The position numbers and the translations under genes were made by a program. DNA of 64,000 nucleotides from an uncultured Flavobacteriales bacterium (GTDB lineage Bacteria > Bacteroidota > Bacteroidia > Flavobacteriales_D > CALLUQ01), in contig CALLUQ010000069.1 in the NCBI GenBank assembly GCA_938010565.1, forward strand, positions 3,400 to 67,399, written 5' to 3'. Numbering within the stretch: the first letter of the stretch is position 1; each line of letters opens with the position of its first letter. The notes under the pieces are model-generated. The model worked only from the letters and a program-made list of their open reading frames with translations. It was not told the DNA's origin and did not search any database. Below, piece by piece: positions 50,967-60,651 of this stretch.

Positions 50967-51542
50967 ATTCCGGTATCTGTTAAGCCCGTAAAAGAACATA
51001 ACGACAAGGAACTTTTTAAGCGCTTTGCAGAAGGCGACCGGAGCAGCTATGAAACGTTGTTTAAACGTTACTATGAGTTTTTGTGTTACCATGCCTGGCG
51101 GTATGTGAAAGACCGCAGTACTGCCGAAGATATTGTTCAGGATGTTTTCTTCAAGCTTTGGAAAAAAATGCAACACAACGAGCTGAAAAAAAACCTTGAC
51201 ATCAAACCTTATTTATATGTGGCGGTAAAGAATACTGCTTTGAATAAGCTAAAGGTAAACAAGCGAAGAGCAGACCTTGAGGAAAAGAGTTTAACTCCGC
51301 TTTTTGTTGAAACAATGACCGCAGCAGATATATTGATTTACAACGAGCTGAAAAACCACCTTATGAATGCCATTACGGACCTGCCTCCCAAATGCCGTGA
51401 AGTGTTTCAGTTGAGCCGGTTGGAAAACATGAGTTACAAAGAAATTTCAGAACAGATGAACATATCGATCAAAACCGTTGAAAATCAAATGGGAAAAGCT
51501 TTGAGACGACTTCGTGAAAGCTTGGGAAAATACCAAAAATGA
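50967..51542 (+). CDS. ECF sigma factor, FecI-like (start uncertain)
   Basis: AEDIVQDVFFKLW, YLYVAVKN.ALN, LPPKCREVF.LSR...SYKEI...ISIKTVENQMGKAL; frame open from 50949, first canonical start TTG at 51057. Confidence 0.9.
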   Translation: MPVSVKPVKEHNDKELFKRFAEGDRSSYETLFKRYYEFLCYHAWRYVKDRSTAEDIVQDVFFKLWKKMQHNELKKNLDIKPYLYVAVKNTALNKLKVNKRRADLEEKSLTPLFVETMTAADILIYNELKNHLMNAITDLPPKCREVFQLSRLENMSYKEISEQMNISIKTVENQMGKALRRLRESLGKYQK

Positions 51543-51579
51543 ATCGCTTTGACCGGAGGTATATTTTTTTAGAAATGCA

Positions 51580-51610
51580 GTAGGGGGAAATGAAATAACC
51601 GGTTGTTTTA
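51580..51610 (+). promoter_or_regulatory. Putative FecI-type ECF promoter before the fecR-like gene
   Basis: GTAGGGGG-N16-TGTTTTA; repeated at 52818. Confidence 0.55.
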
Positions 51611-51671
51611 TGGAAAGTTAGCTGTAAAATCGGGTTGGATATTATTTCCTCAGAAAACGTTGAAGACGAAC

Positions 51672-52691
51672 ATGGCAACTGAAATGTGGGATATGATCGC
51701 AAAAGCCGCCGTTGGCGAAGCCAGTTCCGAGGAGCTGGAGCAGCTAAAGGCATGGGAAGATGCATCGTGGAACAATGCTTTTTTGAGGCGGGAGGCCCAT
51801 GAAGCATGGAAAACATCCAAAGATGTTCCGATTCATTTTAAACCCGATGTAAACGCTGCCTGGAGCAGGTTGTCTGCCCAAATTGAACAAGAGGATGCTT
51901 CCTCCACCGTTGTACCGGTTTATACAGATATGACCAAACGCAACAAATGGATCCTCATTACGGCAGCTTTTGTTGCCTTATTGTTGGGGATTGCTCTGGT
52001 AATACGCCTGTTGATGCCTGATCCTGATACTGTTTACGATCAGATTGCAGAGGCAAACAGCAATACTCAGCATGTGGTGCTTGCAGATGGAACCCACGTT
52101 GGGTTAAACCACAATTCAAACCTACGGTATCCTTCTCGCCTTGAAGGAGATATCCGACAGGTAAAATTGCATGGCGAAGCTTTTTTTGATGTAGCCAAAG
52201 GTACCGACCAGCCGTTCGTAGTGTATACCAAAACTACCCGTACCGAAACGCTCGGAGCTTCTTTCCATCTGGTTTCTTACCCTCGGAACGGCATCCATGT
52301 TTTAACGGCTTATACCGGAAAAGTACGTTTTTCCAGTTTGGTTGATGCAGATAAAAAAAGGGTTGTAAAACCCGGACAAGAAGCCATAATTGCGGAAGAA
52401 GGCACCTCCGTCTCTATCGTAACCCAAAAAGCTGCTACCATGAACCATGCCGCCTGGCAAAACGGTCGGCTGAAGTTTGAACAAACCCCCATGAAGCACA
52501 TTTTCAAAGACCTTGAAAAACATTTTGATGTAACCTTTGAAGTACACGATCCGCCGTTGTTAACCCAGGTTTGGGAAGGGGTCTACTCTACTGAGAGTCT
52601 TGAAAACATCCTCAACGATATCGACCACCATACGTGCATTGATTTCGAAAAGAAAGGCAACGTTATTATCGTAACCGGAAAAGGTTGCTAA
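51672..52691 (+). CDS. FecR-family anti-sigma factor
   Basis: N-terminal EELEQLKAW; TM; LADGT.V.LN.NS.L.YP; V.L.GEAFFDVAK; AWQNGRLKFE. Confidence 0.92.
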   Translation: MATEMWDMIAKAAVGEASSEELEQLKAWEDASWNNAFLRREAHEAWKTSKDVPIHFKPDVNAAWSRLSAQIEQEDASSTVVPVYTDMTKRNKWILITAAFVALLLGIALVIRLLMPDPDTVYDQIAEANSNTQHVVLADGTHVGLNHNSNLRYPSRLEGDIRQVKLHGEAFFDVAKGTDQPFVVYTKTTRTETLGASFHLVSYPRNGIHVLTAYTGKVRFSSLVDADKKRVVKPGQEAIIAEEGTSVSIVTQKAATMNHAAWQNGRLKFEQTPMKHIFKDLEKHFDVTFEVHDPPLLTQVWEGVYSTESLENILNDIDHHTCIDFEKKGNVIIVTGKGC

Positions 52692-52704
52692 CGGAACCAG
52701 ATGC

Positions 52705-52732
52705 CTTTTTGATGGCCCTGGCCATCAAAAAG
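52705..52732. terminator. Perfect 13-bp inverted repeat after the fecR-like gene
   Basis: CTTTTTGATGGCC-CT-GGCCATCAAAAAG. Confidence 0.6.
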
Positions 52733-52817
52733 CAAACGAGCAGTTTCTGTTGTTTACTTAGGCCCTCTCTTTTTACCTCTGATTTTCAGATGCTGCCTCT
52801 ATTCCGAAGGGTTCTGT

Positions 52818-52847
52818 GTAGGGGTTTCTCCTTTTATAGCTGTTGTA
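52818..52847 (+). promoter_or_regulatory. Second putative FecI-type ECF promoter
   Basis: GTAGGGG-N16-TGTTGTA. Confidence 0.5.
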
Positions 52848-53124
52848 TGCTTTGAGACCAGTAATAACATGTTAAAGACCGAATGAATATGCAAAATGTT
52901 ACCCATTATCACCTTTCCTATTTTATTGCTCCAACCGAAAAAAGTGCAGCCGGCAAACCTGTGCGTCGCCGGTGGTACGTCTAATTTTTTAATTTAACAA
53001 AGGTGGCGGTACTGTCGGATTTATTCGATTTATTACAGCGGTTTATTTTCATCTGAATTTTACGTGTTCAGGCGTTTTCCGCTTGATGGTACTTCTCCTG
53101 TTCCAATTGCATAATCGCTTTGGG

Positions 53125-53163
53125 AAAAAGGGAAACAGCCGGCAGGCTTGTTTTCCTTTTTTT
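53125..53163 (+). terminator. Intrinsic terminator-like hairpin
   Basis: AAAAAGGGAAACAGCC-GGCA-GGCTTGTTTTCCTTTTTTT. Confidence 0.6.
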
Positions 53164-53381
53164 GTTAGGCATATCAAACCATTACCGTTGTGGGTTCATC
53201 CCATATTAGCTTGCAAGTTTCGATGGGTTCTGTTTGGCTTAGTATCTTTTTTCAAGCCAACCATTTTTTTGGAGACCGTACATTATAGTTGAGTTCATCA
53301 CTCTTTCACAAACAAATCCATCCCACCAACAACCGTGAAACATTTTGTAACTTGAACCGCATTTTGCTCAAATTCTACTTT

Positions 53382-54773
53382 ATGAAACGTTTCTTATGCT
53401 CCACCGGAGCATGGCTGTTCTGCCTTTTTGGATTTTTTTCCCACAGCCAGGCTCAAATGACCATCACACTCGACTCTACTTTGCTTGAGGTAGATACCGT
53501 TATTGATGGCTTGGACATTCCATGGGAAATTGCGTATGGCCCCGATGGGTGGATCTGGACCACGGAGCGAAAAGGCATCATCAGCCGGATCCATCCTGAT
53601 GATGGCACCAAAGAGGTGCTGCTGGATTTGGATTCCATCGTTTTTCAAAACGGAGAGAGTGGCCTGCTGGGTCTGGCTTTGCATCCCGATTTTTTGGTCC
53701 ATCCTTATGTTTATGTGGTGTATACCTATACTACTTTATCAAACATCCAGGAGCGCATGGAGCGTTACCGATACAACGGCACCGCTTTGGTAGATCCTTT
53801 CCCCATCATCGAAAACATCCCGGGCAACAACACACACGATGGCTCTCGACTTTATGTTCTGGAAGACAGTACTTTAATAATGACAACAGGGGATGCTCAG
53901 GACCTTGCGCTTCCGCAGGATATCAGTTCTATGAATGGTAAAGTATTGCGTTTCAACCTCGATGGCACCATTCCTGATGATAACCCTTTCCCGGGCAGTC
54001 CTGTGTTCAGTTGGGGCCATCGGAATGCACAAGGCATCTGGCAACACAACGGCATCATTTACAGTTCCGAGCACGGCCCGTTCAACGACGATGAATTTCA
54101 AATCCTTAAAAGCGGGCGCAATTACGGCTGGCCAGCCGTTGAAGGGTATTGCGATCAGAACAGCGAAATGGCTTTCTGTTCCGACTCCAACGTAGTAGAG
54201 CCCCTCGCTGTCTGGACGCCTACCATTGCCCCGTCCGATATCATTTATTATGACTCTCCCAATATTCCCGAATGGGAAAACACCATTTTAATGACGGTGC
54301 TAAAAGATAAAAAACTCGTTCGTTTTGAATTCGATGGAACCGGCACAACCGTTACCAATGAAACGCATTACCTGACCGATATTTTTGGGCGTTTGCGCGA
54401 TATTACCGTAGATCCCAAAGGGTGTGTTTACCTGGCTACAAATGGTTCATCCTGGGTCAATAACAACCCCAACAGTCACGAGATCATTCGCCTGTGTCCG
54501 AAAAGCTTTGTTGGTATCCATAATGCAACTGCATCCGGAACCTTCATCAGGGCGATGCCCCACCCGGCTACGGATCAGGTTACTTTGCAGTTCAGCAAAA
54601 ACTTGATGGGCGGCCGTTGGAAAATGTACAATCTTACAGGCCACGTAGTGGCCAACGGGCAGGTAACCGGCGAACGGTTGGTATATCCGAGAAATGGGCT
54701 TGCTGCAGGTGCTTATATTATAAAAGCGGAGTCTGCTATGGCCGGAACACAAATGGTTTTCGGTTTCAGGTAA
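53382..54773 (+). CDS. PQQ-dependent sugar dehydrogenase (GSDH) family protein with T9SS-like C-terminal domain
   Basis: LDIPWEI, HDGSRL, GKVLRFNLDGTIPDDNPF, WGHRNAQG, NYGWP and GRLRDI motifs; degenerate CTD MPHPATD...GL.AG.YII. Confidence 0.88.
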   Translation: MKRFLCSTGAWLFCLFGFFSHSQAQMTITLDSTLLEVDTVIDGLDIPWEIAYGPDGWIWTTERKGIISRIHPDDGTKEVLLDLDSIVFQNGESGLLGLALHPDFLVHPYVYVVYTYTTLSNIQERMERYRYNGTALVDPFPIIENIPGNNTHDGSRLYVLEDSTLIMTTGDAQDLALPQDISSMNGKVLRFNLDGTIPDDNPFPGSPVFSWGHRNAQGIWQHNGIIYSSEHGPFNDDEFQILKSGRNYGWPAVEGYCDQNSEMAFCSDSNVVEPLAVWTPTIAPSDIIYYDSPNIPEWENTILMTVLKDKKLVRFEFDGTGTTVTNETHYLTDIFGRLRDITVDPKGCVYLATNGSSWVNNNPNSHEIIRLCPKSFVGIHNATASGTFIRAMPHPATDQVTLQFSKNLMGGRWKMYNLTGHVVANGQVTGERLVYPRNGLAAGAYIIKAESAMAGTQMVFGFR

Positions 54774-54870
54774 CGGGGGATATTTTCAAAACAAAGGGGT
54801 TGTTTTCCAACATGAAAAAAACGGGAGCGGAGCGAAAACAGGAAGGTTTTCTTTCATCCTGAATTTACCT

Positions 54871-55914
54871 TTACAAGGCCTTCATCGAATAAATTATGGC
54901 CTCCATTTCGCGAATGTATTCCCGTTTATTGAATTTGGGTGCATAAACGGTTCCATCCATGGTAATGATGCGTTGGTTTTTTTCATCATACACCGAAACG
55001 TTGACGAACGGCCCGCCCATAAAATCGTTTTTCAATTTCCACAAACCATTGATCTGCAAGGCGTAAGAAGAGTCGAGAGAGGCTTCCCCGGTCACTGGTT
55101 GTAAATAATAGCGCTCGGTAGCCATGTAGGACCCATCGCCTGGCCCCGGCACATGCAAACGCCCAATAACATCGCGCATTTTGAGTTGAAAATCAGGTGT
55201 AAAAGTGGAGCTATCGGTGTAGGGATAGGTGTAAATGAAAAGGTTTTCGATAATGGGATGATTGCCCCCTTCCCCGTTAGCACCCGTGAGGAAACGCTCC
55301 AGATTCCGGCGAACCCAAACAAAGCGGTGGCCGGGTCGGCTGGTATCTGCCAACACCTCAAAGCCTTTGGGCATATTGATGGAGATCTTGTGCTTTTTTT
55401 CGAGATAAGCCTTCACTTTTACATTGCACTGATGATCAAATTTATCCTGCAAACGTTTCTTTTCTTCCTGATTCAGAAAGCGGATGACCTTTGCCCGGTT
55501 TTCTTTGAACAACCGAATAAAAGCATCTACATTCTGTGCGTTGAAATACAACACCAACTGGCCGTTTGACCAACGATTGCGTACAATTTTGAATCCGGTT
55601 TTTTGGTTTTCTTCCTCGTTTTTAATGTGAACCATGAGGACGTTTCGGTGGCCTTTAAGTAAGCTGCCGAATTTTTGTTCCGAGATCTGACGGGCGGTAA
55701 ATGCATACTCTGCATTGGCCAATCCCGGTACGGGAGAAAACAACACTTCGCGTACGGCTTCTCCGCCTTCACCATCCCAATACACATCATTCATCACCAC
55801 GATGACCTCTCCCGATTGGCCATTGTAGGGAGGCAGGTAACGTTGCCCGGTCCTTTCGCAGAAAGAAAAAACAAGGAGGAGTAACAGAAAAGAAAAAATC
55901 GCCCTTATGCTCAT
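54871..55914 (-). CDS. DUF4837 family lipoprotein
   Basis: FSFC lipobox-like site; G..GEVIVV, GLW....DFMGGPF and YAP...KR.Y..EMEAI motifs. Confidence 0.8.
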   Translation of the reverse strand: MSIRAIFSFLLLLLVFSFCERTGQRYLPPYNGQSGEVIVVMNDVYWDGEGGEAVREVLFSPVPGLANAEYAFTARQISEQKFGSLLKGHRNVLMVHIKNEEENQKTGFKIVRNRWSNGQLVLYFNAQNVDAFIRLFKENRAKVIRFLNQEEKKRLQDKFDHQCNVKVKAYLEKKHKISINMPKGFEVLADTSRPGHRFVWVRRNLERFLTGANGEGGNHPIIENLFIYTYPYTDSSTFTPDFQLKMRDVIGRLHVPGPGDGSYMATERYYLQPVTGEASLDSSYALQINGLWKLKNDFMGGPFVNVSVYDEKNQRIITMDGTVYAPKFNKREYIREMEAIIYSMKAL

Positions 55915-56085
55915 AAACCCAGTGCTGTAAAATAATGGTTTTTATCCTGTTTTCCGATCCGGGTTGGCCGGCCGGTTTGTCGTTTTCTTTTGTCCGGACC
56001 GGCATTTGGTTTACGGATAGGCCAACCGTTATCAACGGTGCTAAAAATCAATCCATCAAAAGTAATACCAAAGTAAAACAGAAGA

Positions 56086-57510
56086 TCAGGATAACGCCAT
56101 TACATACTTTGAAAAGGCCAACATGCCGGCTTCGTCAAACGGCCTGGCCATTACCTGAATACCAAATGGAAGCCCGTTGCTGTGTTCTCCCAGAGGCAAT
56201 GAAACCGCAGGAATACCGGCCAGGTTTGCCTGAACCGTATAAATATCCTGCAGATACATGGTAATTGGATCATCCATGTTTTCTCCGATCTTAAATGCAG
56301 TGGTGGGCGTGGTGGGCAATAAAATATAAGGGTAGGTTTCCAGGATCTTTTGTGTTTCATCACGGATCATACGGCGTACCTTCTGGCCTTTGCCATAATA
56401 AGCATCGTAATATCCGGCACTTAACACAAAAGTGCCGAGCATAATGCGGCGTTGCACTTCAGATCCAAACCCTTCGGATCTTGATCGGAGGTAGGTAGAT
56501 TCGATATCGGTGACTTTTTTGCTGCGGTGCCCGTAATGGATCCCATCGTAACGGGAAAGGTTGGAAGAAGCCTCGGCGGTGGTGAGCACATAATACGCCG
56601 GCACCATATAATCGAGGTAAGGAAAATCGACCGCTTCGACCGTATGGCCTTCGGCACGCAGCTTTTCGATCAGGTTTTCCATTTCGGTTTTTACCTCGGC
56701 ATCAATGCCATCGCTTTCGAGGCAATCTTTGATGAAAGCAATTTTCGTCTTCCCTTCAAAGTGAAGAGATTTGCTGTATTCCGGCACACGGGTTCGGGCC
56801 AGGGTAGCATCAAACTTGTCGGGTCCGGCCATCACTTCAAGCAACAAAGCAGCATCATCGATGGTATGGGTAAGGGGGCCGATCTGATCAAAAGAGGAAG
56901 CGTAGGCCAACAATCCGTAACGGGAAATGCGGCCATAGGTAGGTTTGAGGCCTATTATTCCGCAAAAAGAGGCCGGCTGACGAATGGAGCCTCCGGTATC
57001 GCTACCCAAAGCAGCCAGACACAAGCCTGCTTGTACTGCAACCGCCGAACCTCCTGAAGATCCGCCGGGTACATAAGCATTGTTACGCGCGTTGAGCACA
57101 GGGCCAAAAGCGGAATTTTCATTGGAACTGCCCATGGCAAATTCATCGCAATTCAACCGGCCAATGATAATGGCATCTTCATCCAGAAGGCGTTGTACGG
57201 CAGTGGCGTTATAAAGCGATTCAAAATTTTCGAGTATGCGGGAAGAAGCAGAAACAATTTGCCCCCGGTAGCAGAGGTTGTCTTTAATGCCCACTACCAT
57301 ACCGGTCAGTTTACCGGTAGTGCCGGCAGCACGTCTCGCATCCAGATCTCTGGCTTTGGCGAGGGCCTCATCCGCAAAAACATCGAGAAAAGCATTCAGA
57401 TGCTTATGGGCTTCGATGCGCTCCAAATAACTCTGCACCAGCAACTCACAGGTGACCTCTCCCTCGTCCAGGTCCTGTCGGATTTGGGCAAGCGACAGAT
57501 AATTTTCCAA
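56086..57510 (-). CDS. gatA: Asp/Glu-tRNA amidotransferase subunit A
   Basis: Amidase signature GGSSGGS, GSDTGGSIRQPA; EASSNLSRYDG; RRIMLGTFVLSAGYYDAYY. Confidence 0.96.
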   Translation of the reverse strand: MENYLSLAQIRQDLDEGEVTCELLVQSYLERIEAHKHLNAFLDVFADEALAKARDLDARRAAGTTGKLTGMVVGIKDNLCYRGQIVSASSRILENFESLYNATAVQRLLDEDAIIIGRLNCDEFAMGSSNENSAFGPVLNARNNAYVPGGSSGGSAVAVQAGLCLAALGSDTGGSIRQPASFCGIIGLKPTYGRISRYGLLAYASSFDQIGPLTHTIDDAALLLEVMAGPDKFDATLARTRVPEYSKSLHFEGKTKIAFIKDCLESDGIDAEVKTEMENLIEKLRAEGHTVEAVDFPYLDYMVPAYYVLTTAEASSNLSRYDGIHYGHRSKKVTDIESTYLRSRSEGFGSEVQRRIMLGTFVLSAGYYDAYYGKGQKVRRMIRDETQKILETYPYILLPTTPTTAFKIGENMDDPITMYLQDIYTVQANLAGIPAVSLPLGEHSNGLPFGIQVMARPFDEAGMLAFSKYVMALS

Positions 57511-57543
57511 GATCAGGTTATTTTACAAAAATAAATGACAAAA

Positions 57544-57735
57544 CTACTCCTCTGTTTTTGCAGGAGTATTTTCGGAATTTACTTCTCCTTTAGAAGCGTT
57601 TTTAAACTCTTTCATTCCTTTTCCAAGGCCTTTCATGAGTTCCGGTATCTTTTTCCCTCCGAAAAGAAGCAAAAGCACGGCTACGACAAGTACAACCTGC
57701 CACGGACCGATTACGAGAATCATACTCAGAGACAT
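57544..57735 (-). CDS. tatA: Twin-arginine translocase TatA/E
   Basis: TM followed by [23 protein letters not shown]. Confidence 0.95.
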   Translation of the reverse strand: MSLSMILVIGPWQVVLVVAVLLLLFGGKKIPELMKGLGKGMKEFKNASKGEVNSENTPAKTEE

Positions 57736-57808
57736 AGTTTTTTGTTTTAAAACCTATGCAAAGGTATAAAAAAATGATCAGCAATACCTTACCTTATCCC
57801 GTTATTCC

Positions 57809-57893
57809 CAGGACAAATGCATTTAAATTTTGAGTAGTTTCTCCAAGTATTGATGACCCTATCCCGCTTTTTTTCGTTTGGATCTCATACCCC
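57809..57893 (-). mobile_element. ISAs1 right-end remnant (copy 5)
   Basis: Minus strand reads GMRSKRKKAG*GHQYLEKLLKI* followed by the IR; matches 11420-11500. Confidence 0.8.
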
Positions 57894-58121
57894 TTCTCAA
57901 GCCCAACCGGATCCTGATCCACATACGCTCCGGAGGGAGTTCCCAAAGTTTTGGCTCGTGGAAAAGAGGGGAGATGAGGTTGGTAACTGCTGTATTGGAC
58001 CAACTGCCATACCCATGCGAAGCCATCGACTTCACCGGAAAAAGCGATGGAATGGTAAATCGAAAAGCATTTTTTGAACGGCAAAACGGGCTTCACTCTA
58101 TTCGAAAAAAAGAGCGCTCTT

Positions 58122-58628
58122 TTACTTGGCTTTTTTGTACAGAGGAACCGTAGAGCAAGGCTCGCCATACATGATCGACCGGGCAACGGGCTGCAACAGC
58201 CGGGTAAGCGCAACATAGCTGGCCACCGGAACCCGTTTTTCGGAACAACCTTTGATTACGATACGGGCATCCTGATAATCGGCCGGATCTAATTCATCGA
58301 ATTTGTCCTGATAAAGGGCCGCTTCCAAATCGTCGATGTTGCCGTAAACCACTTTGCGGGCAATGCCTTCAAGGTAGGTAACCACCAGCATATAGGCCCA
58401 GGTGGGAACAATGGCATCTTCGGAACAAAAAACGGCTACATTGTTGTTCCGGTAAACTTCCCAATTGTGGTTTTTTAGACCTTCCCGAAAAGGCTTTTCC
58501 TTTAAAACCATTCCTTGCCAGAGGTATGGGGCTATGTCGAACAAAAGGCGTTTTCCCGGGGCCTGCCATTCTTCCAGATCGATGGTAATGAGCCCACTTT
58601 TGGCAACGCGATTTACAATCTCATCCAT
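58122..58628 (-). CDS. DUF2480 family protein
   Basis: EIVNRVAKSGLITIDLE and SIMYGEPCSTVP motifs; suf-associated. Confidence 0.9.
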   Translation of the reverse strand: MDEIVNRVAKSGLITIDLEEWQAPGKRLLFDIAPYLWQGMVLKEKPFREGLKNHNWEVYRNNNVAVFCSEDAIVPTWAYMLVVTYLEGIARKVVYGNIDDLEAALYQDKFDELDPADYQDARIVIKGCSEKRVPVASYVALTRLLQPVARSIMYGEPCSTVPLYKKAK

Positions 58629-58646
58629 GTAGTAAGGTGTCAGGTT

Positions 58647-58958
58647 TTACAAAAAACCCAGTTCAAGCTGGGCCTCTTCGCTCATCATGTCTTTTTCCCA
58701 GGGAGGCTCGAAAGTAATTTCTACTTTGGCGCTGTTCACTCCTTTGGTTCCGGCAATTTTTTCTTCTACCTCAGCAGGTAAACTTTCGGCTACCGGGCAG
58801 TTGGGAGAAGTGAGTGTCATCGACACCAACACATCGGCATGTTCGTCGATACGGATCTCGTAGATCAAGCCCAGCTCAAAAATATCGACCGGAATTTCCG
58901 GATCGTAGATGGTTTTAAGGACCTCCACAATTTTATCTTCCAGTGCTTTTTTGTCCAT
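58647..58958 (-). CDS. SUF Fe-S assembly protein (DUF59/SufT-like)
   Basis: YDPEIPVDIFELGLIY and MTLTSPNCPVA motifs; ATG overlaps the sufE stop. Confidence 0.93.
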   Translation of the reverse strand: MDKKALEDKIVEVLKTIYDPEIPVDIFELGLIYEIRIDEHADVLVSMTLTSPNCPVAESLPAEVEEKIAGTKGVNSAKVEITFEPPWEKDMMSEEAQLELGFL

Positions 58959-59401
58959 TACAAGTGTTTTTTCCATCCCGTTTGAGCTTGGAATGCAATG
59001 CCGTACAATTTCATTTGTTTTACCATGCTCACCAACCCGTTTGAACGGGTAGGAGAAAGGTGCTCTCTGAGGCCGATGGCTTCGATAAAAAACAATTCCG
59101 CATGGGCGATCGTTTCGGGCGTTTGCCGATCCAAAACCCGGATCAACAAAGCAATAATGCCTTTGGTGATGATGGCATCGCTGTCTGCCGTAAAGTGCAC
59201 TTTACCATTTTCGGTTCGTTCGGCTTGCAACCACACCTGACTTTGGCAGCCTTTGATCAGGTTGTTGTCTACTTTAGCCTTAGGGTCGATCATGGGAAGG
59301 CTTTTTCCCAGGTCAATGATGTATTCGTATTTCTCCATCCATTCGCTGAACAAACTAAATTCGTCGATGATCTCGTTCTGGATGTCTTTTATATCGGCCA
59401 T
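58958..59401 (-). CDS. sufE: Cysteine desulfuration protein SufE
   Basis: IKGCQSQVW, DSDAIITKG and LSPTRSNGL motifs. Confidence 0.95.
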   Translation of the reverse strand: MADIKDIQNEIIDEFSLFSEWMEKYEYIIDLGKSLPMIDPKAKVDNNLIKGCQSQVWLQAERTENGKVHFTADSDAIITKGIIALLIRVLDRQTPETIAHAELFFIEAIGLREHLSPTRSNGLVSMVKQMKLYGIAFQAQTGWKKHL

Positions 59402-59409
59402 GTTGCGGG

Positions 59410-60627
59410 CTATTGAAGCATTGTTACGGCGCGTTCCACACCGGCAGCCAAACGATCGATTTCTGCTTTTGTATTGTAAAAAGCAAAGGAAGCCCGAATG
59501 GTTCCGGGTATGCCGAAACGATCCATCAGGGGTTGGTTACAATGGTGTCCGGTTCGAACGGCGATGCCCAGCTTGTCGAGGATCATTCCAACATCATAAG
59601 GATGTGTGCCATCGATCAGAAAGGAAAGGACTGCCGCTTTGTTCGGGGCCGTTCCGATCAGGCGCATCCCTTCTGTTTTTGTTAATTTTTCGGTGGCATA
59701 TTCCAACAATTCGTGTTCATACGCCCGAATGTTGTCAAAGCCAAGTTGCATCAGGTAACGGGCGGCTTCGCCCAGGCCTATGCCTCCGGCAATATGGGGG
59801 GTTCCTGCTTCGAATTTATGCGGAAGTGTATTATAAGTCGTTTTTTCAAAAGAAACGGTTTTGATCATATTACCACCTCCTTGGTAGGGAGGCATTTGGC
59901 GGAGCCAATGCTCCTTCCCGTAAAGGATTCCTACCCCCGTAGGCCCGAACATTTTATGACCGGAAAAAGTGTAAAAATCGACATCGAGGTCTTGTACATC
60001 TACCGCCATGTGTGGCACCGCCTGTGCTCCGTCTAGTAGAACCGGAATATTCCGTTCGTGGGCCAGCGCAATCATTGCTTTCACCGGGTTGATGGTACCC
60101 AGGGTATTCGAAACGTGGGTCATGGCCACCATACGGGTGCGGCTGTTCAGCAATTGTGCGTAGGCATCGGCTTCCAGTTCGCCATTATCGGCAACAGGAA
60201 CCACTTTCAGCAAGGCCCCTTTTTCTTCGCAGATCATCTGCCAGGGCACAATGTTGGAATGGTGCTCCATGGCTGTGATGAGGATTTCATCTCCGGGAGC
60301 CAGAAACTTTCTGCCAAAGCAATTTGCAACGAGGTTAATGCTGTCGGTGGTGCCTTTGGTGAAAAGTACCTCATGATCATGTGCAGCATTGATGAAAACC
60401 CGTAATTGTTCCCGTGCTTCCTCATAACGGCGTGTCGCTTCCTGGCTCAGAAAGTGCACCCCCCGATGAACATTGGCATGTTCCATCCGGTAATAATGGC
60501 CGATCGCATCGATGACCGCTGCCGGCCTTTGTGCGGAAGCACCATTGTCAAGGTAAGCCAACGGATATCCGTTCACTTCCCGTTTCAAAATGGGGAAATC
60601 CTTTCGGATGTTTTCTATGTCAATCAT
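59410..60627 (-). CDS. sufS: Cysteine desulfurase SufS
   Basis: YLDNGASAQ, EHHSNIVPWQ, FSGHKMFGPTG and RTGHHC motifs. Confidence 0.96.
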   Translation of the reverse strand: MIDIENIRKDFPILKREVNGYPLAYLDNGASAQRPAAVIDAIGHYYRMEHANVHRGVHFLSQEATRRYEEAREQLRVFINAAHDHEVLFTKGTTDSINLVANCFGRKFLAPGDEILITAMEHHSNIVPWQMICEEKGALLKVVPVADNGELEADAYAQLLNSRTRMVAMTHVSNTLGTINPVKAMIALAHERNIPVLLDGAQAVPHMAVDVQDLDVDFYTFSGHKMFGPTGVGILYGKEHWLRQMPPYQGGGNMIKTVSFEKTTYNTLPHKFEAGTPHIAGGIGLGEAARYLMQLGFDNIRAYEHELLEYATEKLTKTEGMRLIGTAPNKAAVLSFLIDGTHPYDVGMILDKLGIAVRTGHHCNQPLMDRFGIPGTIRASFAFYNTKAEIDRLAAGVERAVTMLQ

Positions 60628-60651
60628 GGTACGGACGTTCATCTCCCACAC

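Noticed and set aside
56086..57510. gatA without adjacent gatB/gatC
   Set aside because: Unlinked gat genes are, to my knowledge, ordinary in Bacteroidota; the partners may lie outside the window.
11420..57893. Dispersed repeat read as a CRISPR array
   Set aside because: Copies are kilobases apart, have no spacers and encode a transposase C-terminus; no cas genes are present.
57895..58077. Peptide TLRREFPKFW resembling an IS200 transposase
   Set aside because: Too short, with no HUH or catalytic Tyr motif; unsupported.
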